64,000 nt of DNA from an uncultured Clostridiaceae bacterium (GCA_902477765.1 CABSIM010000003.1:38667-102666); one strand, 5' to 3'; numbered from the stretch's first letter, positions 20,255-29,266 are shown. Made by a program: numbers and translations. The notes: a model not told the origin generated them from the letters alone.

Positions 20255-20655
20255 AGAACCCTTATGAGGATCTGATTCATCTGCCCCATCATGTGTCGGA
20301 AACCCATCCGAGAATGCCGGTTTCGGACCGGGCAGCACAGTTTTCGCCTTTCGCGGCTCTTACCGGATATGGGGACGCAGTCAGGGAAACGGGAAGATAT
20401 ACAGAGGAAAAGGAAGAACTGGATGAGAATATGCTGGAACTGCTGGACCGGACCTGGGAAGACCTGGAGAGGAAACGGACAGGACAGACGGCAGTGACCG
20501 TGACATACTTTGTACCGGATGGAAGAAAAAAGGGAGGCAGTTACGAAACCATCACCGGTACGGTGAAAAAAGTGGACCGTACAGGAAGAATGCTCACAAT
20601 GGAAGACGGGCAGAGAATCTGTCTGGATGATATTCTGGAAATCAGCGGTTTCTGA
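20251..20655 (+). CDS. YolD-like protein (polymerase accessory)
   Basis: YEDLIHLPHHVS..HPRM...RAAQFSPFAALTGY; ATGA overlap with the polymerase. Confidence 0.85.
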   Translation: MKNPYEDLIHLPHHVSETHPRMPVSDRAAQFSPFAALTGYGDAVRETGRYTEEKEELDENMLELLDRTWEDLERKRTGQTAVTVTYFVPDGRKKGGSYETITGTVKKVDRTGRMLTMEDGQRICLDDILEISGF

Positions 20656-20750
20656 GAAAATGAAAAAGGGCTTCCGGATTACCTGAAAGAACGGATTTTC
20701 CGGAAGAAATGAAAGAGAAGTACAGAAGTACAGAAAAGACAGAGAAAAGG

Positions 20751-20779
20751 AAAACAGCTCCGGCAGAAAACCGGAGCTG
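20751..20779 (-). terminator. Terminator hairpin for the minus-strand transporter
   Basis: AAAACAGCTCCGG-cagaaaa-CCGGAGCTG, giving a U-tail on the minus strand. Confidence 0.55.
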
Positions 20780-20818
20780 AAGCATACTTATAAAGGATCA
20801 CAGCAGAAGCGGAGCAGG

Positions 20819-21961
20819 TCACAGATTGACCAGCAGCTGCATGGTGATTACCAGAGTGATAAGGGCGATGGGGTAGGTTGCCGCATAGGAGGCCGCCACA
20901 TCGTCGGTGCCTGCCAGATCCACCAGCATGGCGAGAGCAGGAGTGCTGGTCATGCTGGCAGTCAGGGAACCGAGCCCGCTGAGAAGGGGCAGGTTCAGGA
21001 ATTTCCGGAATAAAAAGAAACCGGTCATCATGGGAATGACTGCCAGAAGGGCGCCGCAGACAAGCAGGCCGGGACCATATTCGGAGAGAATACGGGCCAG
21101 GCTGTGACCTCCGTCTGCCCCGGCAGCGGCAAAAAACATCATCAGGCCAATTTCCTTGGCAGGACCGTAAAGCGCAGGATTCGGCCGCAGGTCCACGGGC
21201 CCGATATGGCCCATATGACCGATCAGCAGGCCGACAATGAGAGGGCCTCCTGAAATTCCCAGGCAGAAGGAGGCACCGCCCGGCAGGGGAAGAGTAATGG
21301 ATCCCAGCACGGCCCCCAGAAGAACCGTAACGGCAAATGAAAACAGTCCCCATTTCTCTATGGGCGCCGCATGGTAGGAGGAAACAGAAGCATTGCCCTC
21401 CGGCGGCGCAATCTTTGAACATTCATATGCCATATCGGCATGAAGAATCCTAGGTATCAACTGAATAAAGATCACTTTGCAGATCACGCCCACAGGATAA
21501 ATAATGCCGTATCCGCTGGCAACGCTGGAGACAGAGGCAGGATCGGAAACCGCTTCCTGAGCTGCCGCCAGACCAGGCGAAGTGGTAAAAGCACCTGCCA
21601 TCATTCCCACAGCCAGAGGCCGGTCGATGCCGGCAGCAAAAATCATCAGAGTGCAGACAAGAGATCCTGTCAGAGCAGTGGCGATGCAGAGGATGCAGTA
21701 GGAACGTCCATTGCTCTTCAGCTGATGGAAAAAAGTAGGGCCTGCGCTGAGCGCTACGGATGTAATGAAAAACAGCAGCCCCAGAGTCTGAATGTCCTTG
21801 GAAACGGAGACGCCGAAGTGACCGAAAATCAGTCCGGTGAGAAAGACCCCGGAGGTTCCAAGGGAGACGCCCTTCACACGGATACGCCCCAGCAGATAGC
21901 CGGTGGCAGCGATTGCAAAAATAACAGACATCTGTACAGACATGCCGCTGAATGAAAACAT
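20819..21961 (-). CDS. YidE/YbjL (AspT-type aspartate:alanine exchanger family) transporter
   Basis: Internal duplication: LGTSGVFLTGL..GH / LGISGGPLIVGL..GH and AGAFTTSPGL / TASMTSTPAL, each followed by Y...YP. Confidence 0.85.
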   Translation of the reverse strand: MFSFSGMSVQMSVIFAIAATGYLLGRIRVKGVSLGTSGVFLTGLIFGHFGVSVSKDIQTLGLLFFITSVALSAGPTFFHQLKSNGRSYCILCIATALTGSLVCTLMIFAAGIDRPLAVGMMAGAFTTSPGLAAAQEAVSDPASVSSVASGYGIIYPVGVICKVIFIQLIPRILHADMAYECSKIAPPEGNASVSSYHAAPIEKWGLFSFAVTVLLGAVLGSITLPLPGGASFCLGISGGPLIVGLLIGHMGHIGPVDLRPNPALYGPAKEIGLMMFFAAAGADGGHSLARILSEYGPGLLVCGALLAVIPMMTGFFLFRKFLNLPLLSGLGSLTASMTSTPALAMLVDLAGTDDVAASYAATYPIALITLVITMQLLVNL

Positions 21962-22087
21962 GTATGCAGTTCCTGCCTTTCCTGTTTATTTGGACACACG
22001 GAATCCTGTGCCGCGTACCATAACTTTAACGCAAGGAACGGGAAAATTCAAGTCATCGGAAAATGTTTCGGAAATAAATGAAAAAAG

Positions 22088-22118
22088 TGAAACTATTGCA
22101 GCGGCTGGATACTCTAAT
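22088..22118 (+). promoter_or_regulatory. Putative ECF-sigma autoregulatory promoter
   Basis: TGAAAC (22088-22093), 17 nt spacer, ACTCTAAT, directly upstream of the ECF sigma gene. Confidence 0.45.
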
Positions 22119-22151
22119 TAATGAAAGACAGCTGGAGCGGAGGAAAAAAAT

Positions 22152-22664
22152 GTGTTCGGTTTTACAGGTTTGACAAAAGAACAGTTTGCAGAGCAATGGG
22201 AGGCGTCCAGGGAAAAATATTACCGTCTGGCATACTGCTATACGAAAAATGAGCACGATGCACTGGAAATCCTTTCAGAAGCCACATACCGGGGATACTG
22301 CCGGAGACATCAGCTGAGAAATCCGGAATATTTTGACACATGGATGTGCCGGATTATCATATATGAAGCATACCGTTTCCTGAAATATCAGAAGCGGTGG
22401 GTTTCCTATGAAGAATATGCTCTGCCGGAGGATGAGGCACTGTTCCGGAATGCAGAAGACGGGATGGATGTCTACCGGTATCTGGACGGACTGTCCGCGG
22501 ATGACCGGACCCTGCTGATTCTCAAATATTTTGAGGAACGCAGTTTCCGGGAAATTGCCGGGATTCTTTCCATGCCGGAGAACACGGTGAAAACAAGAAT
22601 CTACCGGCTTCTGAAAAAAATAAGAGAAAAGGAGGCAGCGGAAGCACATGAAAAAGGGGTATGA
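22152..22664 (+). CDS. ECF RNA polymerase sigma factor (SigV-like)
   Basis: YRLAYCY..NEHDA and LRNPEYFDTWMCRI (region 2); EIAGILSMPENTVKTRIYR (region 4 HTH). Confidence 0.9.
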   Translation: MFGFTGLTKEQFAEQWEASREKYYRLAYCYTKNEHDALEILSEATYRGYCRRHQLRNPEYFDTWMCRIIIYEAYRFLKYQKRWVSYEEYALPEDEALFRNAEDGMDVYRYLDGLSADDRTLLILKYFEERSFREIAGILSMPENTVKTRIYRLLKKIREKEAAEAHEKGV

Positions 22665-23484
22665 TGAAATAGAAATTCCGGATGAACTTTCCGGTATGAT
22701 GGATCAGGTAAGAAAGCGGGCCGGAAAGAGAAATGCGGCCCGGAGGAAAATGGCAGGAACAGCCATGGTATTTGCTGCAGTTCTTCTGACGTCCAATATC
22801 CCTTCCGTATACGGAGCGCTTCTGGAAGTACCGGTGCTGGGAAGCGTGGTACAGGTATTCCATGTGGGAACAGGCGGAACGGCAACAGACGGAACAGAAC
22901 TGAAAGCCATGGGAAATGAAGAAAGCCTGAATCTGTATTTCCAGAAAAGAGATTCGGCAGATCAGACGGAGAAAACGCCGGCATACAAAGTAGAAAGACT
23001 GGAAGCGCCGGACCGGCTGGTGATTACCGTATATGGTGTCAGAAAATTTGACCCGGAAACCTGGATCCGGGAGGCAGAAGCCTCGTCCTATGTGAAAACG
23101 GCGTACCGGGAAATGATTCTGGATGATTCTGCCGTGCGGCTGGTTCTGGAACTTCAGCCGGACACGGGATTCGAAGTGACGGAATATGAAGAACCCGGAG
23201 GACTGCAGATCCGGATGTTTTACAATGAAAACCAGGAACGTGAGGTGTGGTTCCTGCGGAGTGAAAAAATGGACATGACCGAGGGACTGGCTCTGCTGGC
23301 TGAACAGCTTTCCCATGTAAACGGAACCATTGCGGAAACCAGGGATGATAAATATATTGTTTCCATCGGAGCGTTTGAAAGCAGGGAAGAGGCGGAAAAA
23401 AGACTGTCAGATCTGACAGAACAGGGAATTCTGGATGGCAGCTTTACCGTGGATCACTGCCTCAGCAGTGAGAGACCGGAATAG
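22648..23484 (+). CDS. Anti-sigma factor: RsiV/DUF4179-like N-terminus with AMIN-like and SPOR-like extracellular domains
   Basis: YDEIEIPDEL, a TM helix and EVPVLGSVVQVF; then PDRLVI...AVRLVLEL (AMIN-like) and YIVSIGAFESREEAE (SPOR-like). Overlaps the sigma gene. Confidence 0.65.
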   Translation: MKKGYDEIEIPDELSGMMDQVRKRAGKRNAARRKMAGTAMVFAAVLLTSNIPSVYGALLEVPVLGSVVQVFHVGTGGTATDGTELKAMGNEESLNLYFQKRDSADQTEKTPAYKVERLEAPDRLVITVYGVRKFDPETWIREAEASSYVKTAYREMILDDSAVRLVLELQPDTGFEVTEYEEPGGLQIRMFYNENQEREVWFLRSEKMDMTEGLALLAEQLSHVNGTIAETRDDKYIVSIGAFESREEAEKRLSDLTEQGILDGSFTVDHCLSSERPE

Positions 23485-23503
23485 AAAAAGGAGGATAAAA
23501 ATT

Positions 23504-24133
23504 ATGAAGAAAAAAATATATGCAGGCATCTGCCTGGGACTTATGGTGGCATTGAGTGCGTGCGGCATGGAAAAGGAAACTTCCGGACTTCAGACGGATT
23601 CCTCAGCTGCCGCGGAAACTGAAATCACGGTTTCCGCAGAGGAAACAGAGACACTGAAGGAAGAGACAGAGGCATCAGAAACGGAAAACGAAGAAGGCCA
23701 GGGAGAAACCGCAGAAACCAGTACGCTGGAAAAGACGGAGTCTGCCATTGAGACATTTTTATCCATGCTGGGAAAGACAGATGAAGAGTCAGAAGAAATT
23801 CTGGAAGGCGGGCAGGAAAATGTCACGGACAGCGGTATTTTCATCGGCAGAATCTATGAAGTGGAACTGTTTGGGGAAAAGGTTCAGGCAGGTACCCTCT
23901 GTGATGACAGCAGGCGTATCACAACGGTAACCATGCAGCTGGAACAGGAAGACGCGTCGGAGTACGAGGGAATGCTGACGGAAATTCTGGGCCAGCCGGA
24001 TGAACGGGAAGAAGGAGCCAGCGAAACCGGTACAACAGCGGTGGTATGGAAAGAGGAAAACAAGGCAGTCCGCCTGTATCAGTCCTATGGACTTGTATCT
24101 CTGGAATTTCAGATGGAAGGCCAGACGGAATAG
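23504..24133 (+). CDS. Acidic lipoprotein
   Basis: MKKKIY...ALSA-C lipobox, Glu/Thr-rich linker and small C-terminal alpha/beta domain; AGGAGG RBS. Confidence 0.8.
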   Translation: MKKKIYAGICLGLMVALSACGMEKETSGLQTDSSAAAETEITVSAEETETLKEETEASETENEEGQGETAETSTLEKTESAIETFLSMLGKTDEESEEILEGGQENVTDSGIFIGRIYEVELFGEKVQAGTLCDDSRRITTVTMQLEQEDASEYEGMLTEILGQPDEREEGASETGTTAVVWKEENKAVRLYQSYGLVSLEFQMEGQTE

Positions 24134-24265
24134 GAGAGATATACAGGTATTTTCTTAAAGATTTCATAACAGAACCGGAAAAACTGTAAGAAAACCGTCA
24201 TGCAGAAATTCTTGTCCGGGCAGAAGTCTTTATGATAGGATAGAAATAAAAAAGGACGATTCAGG

Positions 24266-25432
24266 ATGAAAAAAATATGGATTTGTGCTGCTTCGGCATT
24301 GATTCTGGTGTATACAGTGTTTCCTGCTTATGGAGGGCAGTGGCAAAGGAACGGTGAATTCTGGCAGTATCTCCAGGAAGACGGAACCTATGTCAGCAGC
24401 GGATGGATGAAGGATACTGACGGAAAATGGTATTACTTTGATGAAAACGGATACATGGCAGTCAATGAAATTACTCCGGACGGCTATGTGGTGGGAAAGG
24501 ACGGCTCCTATATTCAGGGCATGTTTCAGGACCAGGATCAGGCAATTGAGCCGTGGGATTATCAGCAGATGCTTGGCCGCGGCATGGATGTGGACTGGTC
24601 CAAAACAAAAGACGGAAAGAATTATTATACATCAAAGACAGCCGCGGATTTCCGGCAGGCGGGGATCAAACATGTAAGAATCCGGGTAAAGGATGATCTG
24701 GACGAGGAACTTCTGGAAGGACTTGACCGGCAGATCCATGACTGCCTGAGCAATGGCCTGATTCCCGTACTGGCATATCAGGCAGATGAATTTAAGAATA
24801 ATCCCTGCCAGGAAACCATTGACGGGGTGACAGCCTGGTGGCGTACGGCTGCAGAGCGATATCAGAATAAATCCCATCTTCTGTCCTTTGATCTGCTGAT
24901 AGAGAGCTCAGATGCGCTTAACCGTCAGCCGGAAATGCTGAATCGCATGATCGAACAGTGTGTGGCCGCAATCCGTGAGACGAACCCGGACCGTATCATC
25001 ATGATGTCTCCCCGCCTGCGTTCAGACCCGGCTTATCTGAGTGAATTGAAGATTCCTTCGGCAGGGAACGGATATCTGATGGCGGAATGGCATTTTTATG
25101 CGGCTGGCCCCAGCAGGACCAATGAAAAGAAGTTGTGGACAGTTGGTACGGAGCAGGAAAAGAAACGGATCGAAGATAAAATAAAATCTGCTTTGGACTG
25201 GCAGATGCAGACCGGAATTCCCACATGGGTCGGCGCATGGATGCCGGGAAACTATAATGACGGGAACGATTACAGTCTGGAAGAACAGATGGTTTTTGCC
25301 GGATTCATGTGTGACAGTCTGGAACATGCAGGGATTCCCTTTGCAGTAAATTCAGACACAAAATTTTATGACAGAGAAAAGCAGGAGTGGATAGAAGAAA
25401 TGATTCCTCTGAGGAATCTGATTTTTCAGTAG
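24266..25432 (+). CDS. Secreted GH5-fold (cellulase-like) protein with N-terminal cell-wall-binding repeats
   Basis: Signal peptide ending AYG; repeat motifs GWMKDTDGKWYYFDENGYM and TPDGYVVGKDG; TIM-barrel motifs LGRGMD, GIKHVRIRV, SFDLLIE, EWHFY and IPTWVG. Confidence 0.75.
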   Translation: MKKIWICAASALILVYTVFPAYGGQWQRNGEFWQYLQEDGTYVSSGWMKDTDGKWYYFDENGYMAVNEITPDGYVVGKDGSYIQGMFQDQDQAIEPWDYQQMLGRGMDVDWSKTKDGKNYYTSKTAADFRQAGIKHVRIRVKDDLDEELLEGLDRQIHDCLSNGLIPVLAYQADEFKNNPCQETIDGVTAWWRTAAERYQNKSHLLSFDLLIESSDALNRQPEMLNRMIEQCVAAIRETNPDRIIMMSPRLRSDPAYLSELKIPSAGNGYLMAEWHFYAAGPSRTNEKKLWTVGTEQEKKRIEDKIKSALDWQMQTGIPTWVGAWMPGNYNDGNDYSLEEQMVFAGFMCDSLEHAGIPFAVNSDTKFYDREKQEWIEEMIPLRNLIFQ

Positions 25433-25482
25433 CTGAACAGAAAAAGAACAGAGATATCTACTGAAGGTGAATCCGGTGTGTG

Positions 25483-25528
25483 AATGCCGCTTACCGGGGA
25501 GAAGGTTTCCCGGGAGGCGGCATTTTTT
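25483..25528 (+). terminator. Rho-independent terminator
   Basis: AATGCCGC...GCGGCATT followed by a T-run. Confidence 0.7.
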
Positions 25529-25578
25529 ATGATATGCGATGAAAAGAAAAACAGAGTTCACAGATTTTTCACAAATAA

Positions 25579-25621
25579 TTAGCACTCACCTCTTGACAGT
25601 GCTAATAATACGTGTTATAAC
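25579..25621 (+). promoter_or_regulatory. CIRCE (HrcA operator) overlapping a sigma-A promoter
   Basis: TTAGCACTC-N9-CAGTGCTAA (25579-25605; one mismatch to TTAGCACTC-N9-GAGTGCTAA) contains TTGACA (25593-25598); 17 nt spacer; TGtTATAAC. Confidence 0.9.
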
Positions 25622-25763
25622 ATGGATAGAACAAAGGAAGAGAGAAAAGGAACAGCAGGAAACTCAAAAAGCAAAAGTCCTGAAGCAGAAGTTCCCGGAT
25701 CTCCCGCTCCGGTTCCGGAATTCAGAAATAAGTATATATAAGATAGAAAAGGAGAGATGAGTT

Positions 25764-26189
25764 ATGTTGATGCCCAGCATTTTTGGAGAAAATTTATTGG
25801 ATGATTTCTTTGGAAGTTCATTTCCGTCATACACATCAGCAGGAACTGATCTGATGCGTACCGATATCAAAGATACCAAGGACGGATACGAAATCGTCAT
25901 GAACCTTCCTGGAGTGAAAAAGGAAAACGTAAAGGCAGAGCTGAAAGACGGATATCTGACAGTCAGCGCAGTGTCCAGATCCGATAAGGATGAGAAAGAC
26001 AGTGAAGGCCGGTATATCCGCAGAGAGCGGTACAGCGGTTCCTGCAGCAGAAGCTTCTATGTTGGAGACCAGATCACGGAAGAAGATATCAAGGCGAAAT
26101 TTGACAACGGAACTCTGATCATTGCGGTGCCCAAGAAAGAACCGCAGGCTGTGGAAGACAGCAGAAAGTACATTTCAATTGAAGGCTGA
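25764..26189 (+). CDS. Hsp20/alpha-crystallin small heat shock protein (copy 1)
   Basis: MRTDIK, LPGVKKE, YIRRERYSG..SRSF, AKFDNGTL.I.VPK and ISIE tail. Confidence 0.95.
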   Translation: MLMPSIFGENLLDDFFGSSFPSYTSAGTDLMRTDIKDTKDGYEIVMNLPGVKKENVKAELKDGYLTVSAVSRSDKDEKDSEGRYIRRERYSGSCSRSFYVGDQITEEDIKAKFDNGTLIIAVPKKEPQAVEDSRKYISIEG

Positions 26190-26301
26190 TGCCGCTTTCC
26201 GGTAATTCCGGGAGGAGAGTACGATCAGAGCACAGAGATACCTTGAAAAATATGAAAAACAGACAGGATCCGGCATAGACCGGACAAAAGGAGGAAGTTT
26301 T

Positions 26302-26766
26302 ATGTTGATGCCCAGCATTTTCAGTGATAACCTGTTTGATGATTTTATGAATGATTTCCCGTTCTTTGATGACAGGGATACAAGGAAAGCAGAAAAGAAA
26401 CTTTATGGCAGACACGGCCGCAATCTGATGAAGACCGATATCAAGGAATCCGATTCCGGTTATGAACTGGAGATGGAACTGCCGGGATTCAAAAAAGATC
26501 AGATCAAAGTTTCCCTGGAAAACGGCTGCCTTACTGTCAGCGCCGCCAAAGGCCTGGATCAGGATGAGCAGGAGAAAGAAACCGGCAGATATATCCGCAG
26601 GGAACGTTATGCAGGAGCCTGCGAGCGCAGCTTTTATGTGGGCGAAGATCTGACCCAGGAAGACATCAAGGGAGAATTCAAGCATGGTATCCTGAGACTG
26701 TTTGTTCCGAAGAAAGAAGTAAAACCTGCAGTTCCTGAGAAAAAGTATATTGCCATTGAAGGCTGA
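26302..26766 (+). CDS. Hsp20/alpha-crystallin small heat shock protein (copy 2)
   Basis: MKTDIKE, LPGFKKD, YIRRERYAG..ERSF, FKHGILRLFVPK and IAIE tail. Confidence 0.95.
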   Translation: MLMPSIFSDNLFDDFMNDFPFFDDRDTRKAEKKLYGRHGRNLMKTDIKESDSGYELEMELPGFKKDQIKVSLENGCLTVSAAKGLDQDEQEKETGRYIRRERYAGACERSFYVGEDLTQEDIKGEFKHGILRLFVPKKEVKPAVPEKKYIAIEG

Positions 26767-26802
26767 TGACGGAAACAACAGCCGGAATTCTATATAAACA
26801 GG

Positions 26803-26855
26803 AGCGGTCCCCCAAAACCGGATTTCAGATCCGGCGGCCGGGGGCCGCTTTTTTA
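26803..26855 (+). terminator. Terminator of the hsp20 operon
   Basis: AGCGGTCCCC...GGGGCCGCT followed by a T-run. Confidence 0.7.
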
Positions 26856-27188
26856 TGTGATACGGGAAGGTTTATTTCCTGCATCATCCAATGCGCTGCG
26901 CGGATCCCTCTGTGACAGGATGAGAAGTTCTGCAGCAGCAGCCTGCCGGCGGAGAATTCTGCAAAACGGGAATCTTTCCTGTACCTTGGAATTCCGTGTG
27001 CATTTCAGTACAGCAGGTTTCAAAATATAGAGCGAGAGATACTTTTTGCGTGCCGTATATGGCATAAAATCCGGATGCAGTCATAGGATAAATCAGCATA
27101 AGCAGTGCGGGAAAGGAACCGGCATGGAATTGACTTTTCCTCCCATACGCTGATATAATCGGAGAATACAGATGTATGGAGGAGTCAG

Positions 27189-28097
27189 ATGGAAACGAAG
27201 ATACCGGAATTTTTATATGATACACTGAAGAAGCAGTACGACGGGCAGAACATGGAACGGATCCTGACAGGCTACATGGAAGAGAGGCCGGTCACGCTGC
27301 GGGCGAACACGCTGAAAACCACCCGGGAAAAGGTGGAAAAGGAACTGGAACAGATGGGAATCCCCTGCAGGCAGACAGCCTGGTATCCGGATGCGCTGAT
27401 TCTGTGCGGAGTCAGGGAGAAGGCGGTACAGGAAACGGAAATGTACAGAAACGGAGAAATCTATCTTCAGAGCCTTTCCTCCATGATTCCGCCGGTTTTT
27501 ATGAATCCCGGAGCGGGAGAGTGTATTCTGGACATGGCGGCGGCGCCGGGCGGAAAAACCACACAGATGGCAGCGCTGTCCGGAGGGCGGGCGCAGATCA
27601 CCGCCTGTGAGCGGGACAGAATCCGGGCGGAACGGCTCAGATATAATCTGGAAAAGCAGGGAGCCGCAGGGGCGTATGTCATGGTGGAGGATGCCAGAAA
27701 ACTGGACAGCTTTTTTTCTTTTGATAAAATCCTTCTGGATGCGCCCTGCAGCGGCAGCGGCACCATTCTGCTTTCTGAAAACAGGCCCCCTGTCCGTTTT
27801 ACGGGGGATTTTCTGAAAAAATGTGTAAAGAGTCAGAGACAGCTGCTGAAAAAAGCTCTGGAACTGCTGAAACCGGGATGTGAAATGATTTATTCCACCT
27901 GCTCTGTCCTGAAAGAGGAAAACGAGGAAGCCGTGAAGGCCGCCGTGGCCTCGGGAATGGCTGAAATGGTTCCTCTGAGCGCTGAATCCCTGCCGGGAGT
28001 TCCGATGCTTCCGGTGACCATGGAAGGTGTGCTCTGCATATGCCCCGATGCGCTGTATGAGGGATTCTTTGTGGCCAAACTGAGAAAAAAGAAATAA
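27189..28097 (+). CDS. RsmB/RsmF (NOL1/NOP2/Sun) family RNA m5C methyltransferase
   Basis: ILDMAAAPGGKT, DKILLDAPCSG and YSTCS; promoter TTGACT-18-TATAAT at 27130-27159. Confidence 0.92.
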   Translation: METKIPEFLYDTLKKQYDGQNMERILTGYMEERPVTLRANTLKTTREKVEKELEQMGIPCRQTAWYPDALILCGVREKAVQETEMYRNGEIYLQSLSSMIPPVFMNPGAGECILDMAAAPGGKTTQMAALSGGRAQITACERDRIRAERLRYNLEKQGAAGAYVMVEDARKLDSFFSFDKILLDAPCSGSGTILLSENRPPVRFTGDFLKKCVKSQRQLLKKALELLKPGCEMIYSTCSVLKEENEEAVKAAVASGMAEMVPLSAESLPGVPMLPVTMEGVLCICPDALYEGFFVAKLRKKK

Positions 28098-28180
28098 AAA
28101 ACAGATAATAACAGATTCAGGAAAATATTCCGGAGGCCGGTAAACGGAAGGGAACGGATCTATGGCAAAAGGAGTATGGT

Positions 28181-28873
28181 ATGGCATATTTAAATGATCT
28201 GAAGCGGTTTTACGGAACCGGAGAAAAAAACAGGGCAGGGCAGAGCCTGGAAGAATTTCTGGATGCCTATGACCCGAAGAAATATGATTCCCCCTGCAAT
28301 ACCACGGACATTGTGGTGGTGAGATGCCGGGAGAAACTGGAGCGATGGGGACAGCCGGTTCAGGTGCTGATGGTAAAACGAAGCAATCATCCCAGCATCG
28401 GTTTCTGGGCACTTCCCGGCGGATTTGTGGAAATCCGGGAGGACCTGGAAAAGGGTGCTGCCAGGGAACTGGAAGAAGAGACCGGAATCGCCGGACTTCC
28501 GCTTGAGCAGATGCATACCTGGGGAGCCTGTGACAGAGATCCCCGGTGGCGTGTTATCACCACCTCATTTCTGGCACTGGCTGAAGGCGATCTGCCGGTA
28601 CGCGCAGGAGATGATGCGGCAGATGCCCTCTGGATGGATGTGAAACTGGAAAAAAAGAAGGCAGGAGACTGTTCTGAGATCTGGGAACTGGAGCTTTTCA
28701 ATGAAGCGCATGGAATCCGCACCGGTGCCACGGTGGAGGTCACCCGTTCCGGCAGCCGGCTGCTGCCCGCAATGAACTGGAATGTGAAAGAAAGCAGGAA
28801 GATAGCGGTGGATCACGGGGCAATTCTCGTACAGGCTCTTCTCTGCCTGAAGGAACGTCTGGAAAAAATATAG
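28181..28873 (+). CDS. NUDIX hydrolase (ADP-ribose pyrophosphatase/NrtR-like Nudix domain)
   Basis: WALPGGFVE..EDLEKGAARELEEETG Nudix box; RDPR, AGDDA and AVDH motifs. Confidence 0.88.
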   Translation: MAYLNDLKRFYGTGEKNRAGQSLEEFLDAYDPKKYDSPCNTTDIVVVRCREKLERWGQPVQVLMVKRSNHPSIGFWALPGGFVEIREDLEKGAARELEEETGIAGLPLEQMHTWGACDRDPRWRVITTSFLALAEGDLPVRAGDDAADALWMDVKLEKKKAGDCSEIWELELFNEAHGIRTGATVEVTRSGSRLLPAMNWNVKESRKIAVDHGAILVQALLCLKERLEKI

Positions 28874-28947
28874 CTGTGCCATGGGTTAAAACCGGGAGGT
28901 TCCGGGAATAATCCGGAAGAAAGGATCAGATCGGGAAGAGAGCCGGG

Positions 28948-29136
28948 GTGAAATTCATGTCAGCAATCGGAATGGCGGCAGCCGGACTCCTGCTGTTTTT
29001 TCTGACGGCGGGAATTCTGGGGGCACTTGTAACGCCGACAGAAAAGCAGAGGGAAGCAGAAGATGAAGAGTTCATGGAATTTCTGAAAGACAGGAAGGCC
29101 GGCGGAAAGGCCGGGGAGGCAGACGGGAACCGTTAA
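28948..29136 (+). CDS. Small single-TM protein
   Basis: N-terminal TM helix followed by a charged tail (REAEDEEFMEFLK). Confidence 0.55.
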   Translation: MKFMSAIGMAAAGLLLFFLTAGILGALVTPTEKQREAEDEEFMEFLKDRKAGGKAGEADGNR

Positions 29137-29266
29137 AGCCGGTCTGGCAGGGGGCACAGGTGTCACGGGATGTGCCGGTGTTCCCGGAACGTGCGGAAAA
29201 CAGGAAATACAGGAAAAAGCAAAGAAGTAGTATACGAACACAGGAAAAAGGAGCCAGGCGGTATAT

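Noticed and set aside
26860..27120. Short ORFs between hsp20 and the methyltransferase (e.g. one containing CCC)
   Set aside because: No convincing RBS or protein-like composition, and no RiPP maturation genes nearby.
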